From a virus: a stretch of DNA of 64,000 bases. A program made the position numbers and the translations under genes. Shown here piece after piece: positions 62,325 through 64,000 of the stretch. Every line of letters starts with the position of its first letter. Position 1 is the first letter of the stretch. Under the pieces are notes generated by a model. That model did not search any database and was not told where the DNA came from. It worked only from the letters and a program-made list of their open reading frames with translations. The stretch covers positions 18,426 through 82,425 of the IMG/VR virus record IMGVR_UViG_3300021389_000010. One strand, given 5' to 3'.

Positions 62325-62404
62325 TTAGGGGGCATCGTAGGTCACGAACCTACCGAGTCAACAACATGAACCAAAACCAAACCAATTGTCTTGACATGAT
62401 GCCC
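62325..62404 (-). ncRNA. tRNA-like structured element, copy 3
   Basis: GGGCATC/GATGCCC stem, T-arm GTAGG-TTCGTGA-CCTAC, central hairpin with a TTGGTTTGGTTTTGGTT loop, 3' CCTAA. Confidence 0.75.
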
Positions 62405-62418
62405 CAAGGACGTAGTCC

Positions 62419-62676
62419 CTACATATATACAGCCATTGCGCCATTCGCTCGGCTTCGCTTCTCGATTACGAATATTGAGCATCGTTCGTAGGATTCATCA
62501 GTCTCGCAGTAAAACGACCTTTCGCTCTCCTCGTATACTTCCGTAGCGTATTCCTTCATGTGGGTTACCACACCTTCGAATACCTTCTGCGCTTCTTCCA
62601 TTGATTCCAAAGCGTACAAGTAATTGTCTTCTTGCAAATTTGATGTGTGTGCAACACAATAAGTTTTCGTAGCCAT
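62419..62676 (-). CDS. hypothetical protein
   Basis: 85 aa. Confidence 0.65.
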   Translation of the reverse strand: MATKTYCVAHTSNLQEDNYLYALESMEEAQKVFEGVVTHMKEYATEVYEESERSFYCETDESYERCSIFVIEKRSRANGAMAVYM

Positions 62677-62836
62677 AATTAGTATTTTACTTCTTCAGTT
62701 ATTATTGCGCCTCTTTCCTTAGCGTACGCTTCCAACGTAGGAAGCAAAGACATGTACAATTCTTCTCCATAAATCACCCCCAAAACATTGGATTGGGTAC
62801 CTTTTTCCATATAAACTACTATCTCTTCCATAAGCA

Positions 62837-63052
62837 TTAAAAATTTGATTCTATTTCGGCATATATCCCGTAATCGTATCCATAAACAGCGACTTCACCG
62901 CTATCAAACAACTGCCTCATGTACTTGTATACCTTCGTTGCCTTAGGGCGTTTGCAATGCTTGATGGCCCATATTTTTTTTGGGCCGTGTTCACTGCTTT
63001 GAGTGTAAAATACGTGTCTATACATGGTCTTCAGCGTCATAGGGTTTCTCAA
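62837..63052 (-). CDS. hypothetical protein
   Basis: 71 aa. Confidence 0.6.
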   Translation of the reverse strand: MRNPMTLKTMYRHVFYTQSSEHGPKKIWAIKHCKRPKATKVYKYMRQLFDSGEVAVYGYDYGIYAEIESNF

Positions 63053-63236
63053 ATCCGTAGGGGCCGTAGTATATGCTTTCAGTACAACAACTGCATATTA
63101 AATCCAAGCAGTCTTGAGCGTCTGCTTCGCGCTTCTCACGTTTGAACTGCTGGTCTTGGTCGTCCTCGTACCCATAGTCCGTGAAACGCTCATTGTAGTC
63201 GGCCATATAGCCCCATAATCGGTCTTCCGTTAGCAT
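63018..63236 (-). CDS. hypothetical protein
   Basis: 72 aa downstream of an early promoter. Confidence 0.6.
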   Translation of the reverse strand: MLTEDRLWGYMADYNERFTDYGYEDDQDQQFKREKREADAQDCLDLICSCCTESIYYGPYGFEKPYDAEDHV

Positions 63237-63260
63237 AAAATTGTTTTTGATTCAACGGTG

Positions 63261-63306
63261 CAATGATACACCGCCGAAAATTAGAATTGAGTTAATGAAA
63301 TGTTAA
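63261..63306 (-). promoter_or_regulatory. early promoter TTAACA-N5-TTAACT-N21-TATCATTG
   Basis: Conserved architecture; one mismatch in the -7 element. Confidence 0.7.
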
Positions 63307-63474
63307 AGCGTACAAATTAATTTCTCCCTTCGGGCCATCGTCCTTCGCAGAACGTGTTCGTACATTCGTCGTCATGACCAACGTACTCCATACAATAACC
63401 GCACTTGTCGGCATAGAATTCATTTTGTTCCGCCATAAATGACGGGTCGTTTGAATTTAGCATAAATTATAAAT

Positions 63475-64000
63475 TTAGTGTTGCAGAATCTTCACGTCCT
63501 TCGTGCCCTTACCTAACAGCCCACTGCATAGCCCACATTTAGCGCAATTGCTCTTGTAGTCCATCTCTTTAGATGCTGGGCAACTCACGGCCTTCTCAGT
63601 ACCTATGGTCGTAGCAATGAATGAGCGGTAGCCAATAGAACGTGCTTTGCTTTGCTCCTTCTCGTCATGTGTTGATGCCATGAACCACTTACCAAAATCA
63701 TTGGCCCACTTTTTCTCCCATTGATGTGTATACCCGGTCCAGCCGTCGGCAACCCATGTAATAGATTCAACCAATGCTTTAGGCAACAGCGAAGGTTCAC
63801 CATACGTCCCGAACCTAACATAGGTGTTGTAGGACATCTTCAAGATTTCATCTTGTTTCGATCGATTCAAAGGCGTAAGGTCTTGATAGGATATGCTTCT
63901 AAGCATAGATAGGAAACCAACGTACTGAGTAAACTTGTGAGTATAACACCCCCCGTTCCCATTTCCTACGGAAAACGGGCAGTCCAAACAATTTGAGCCG
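63475..64000 (-). CDS. Cys-rich conserved phage protein, 5'-truncated by the window edge
   Basis: CPF...CY, VRFGTYGEP, WTGYTHQW, CPAS and CAKCGLC motifs. Confidence 0.65.
   Translation of the reverse strand, partial: GSNCLDCPFSVGNGNGGCYTHKFTQYVGFLSMLRSISYQDLTPLNRSKQDEILKMSYNTYVRFGTYGEPSLLPKALVESITWVADGWTGYTHQWEKKWANDFGKWFMASTHDEKEQSKARSIGYRSFIATTIGTEKAVSCPASKEMDYKSNCAKCGLCSGLLGKGTKDVKILQH

Overview
This window is most of a tailed dsDNA phage genome, probably a podovirus-like phage of Bacteroidota, judged from about ten TAnnTTTG sigma-A '-7' promoter elements, a DUF5675 gene and a crAss-like structural gene order. It uses the standard genetic code. The layout has four parts. (1) 1-6.3 kb: minus-strand early genes (C5 methyltransferase, class II glutamine amidotransferase, amidoligase). 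(2) 6.3-8.3 kb: a largely non-coding repeat/palindrome region, possibly a genome end or origin. (3) 9.3-51 kb: a plus-strand late block (GroES-like, terminase, portal, 1789-aa collagen fibre, 2OG-Fe(II) oxygenases, capsid, tail, ejection and lysis genes). (4) 51-64 kb: minus-strand replication and early genes. The most notable observations are: (a) a Lys-rich, almost Pro-free collagen fibre near a GT-B + COLGALT-like GT25 + PLOD-like lysyl hydroxylase fusion, i.e. a candidate phage collagen hydroxylysine-glycosylation system; (b) three diverged tRNA-like RNAs (acceptor stem + T-arm + one long hairpin + CCTAA); (c) a late-region sRNA candidate complementary to start-codon and leader motifs of minus-strand genes; (d) Pho-box-like early promoters with exact 21-nt spacing; (e) a free-standing peptide resembling the ribonucleotide reductase C-terminal tail; (f) a diverged syntenic duplicate of an early gene block. 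All family assignments come from motifs recognised by eye, not from database searches.
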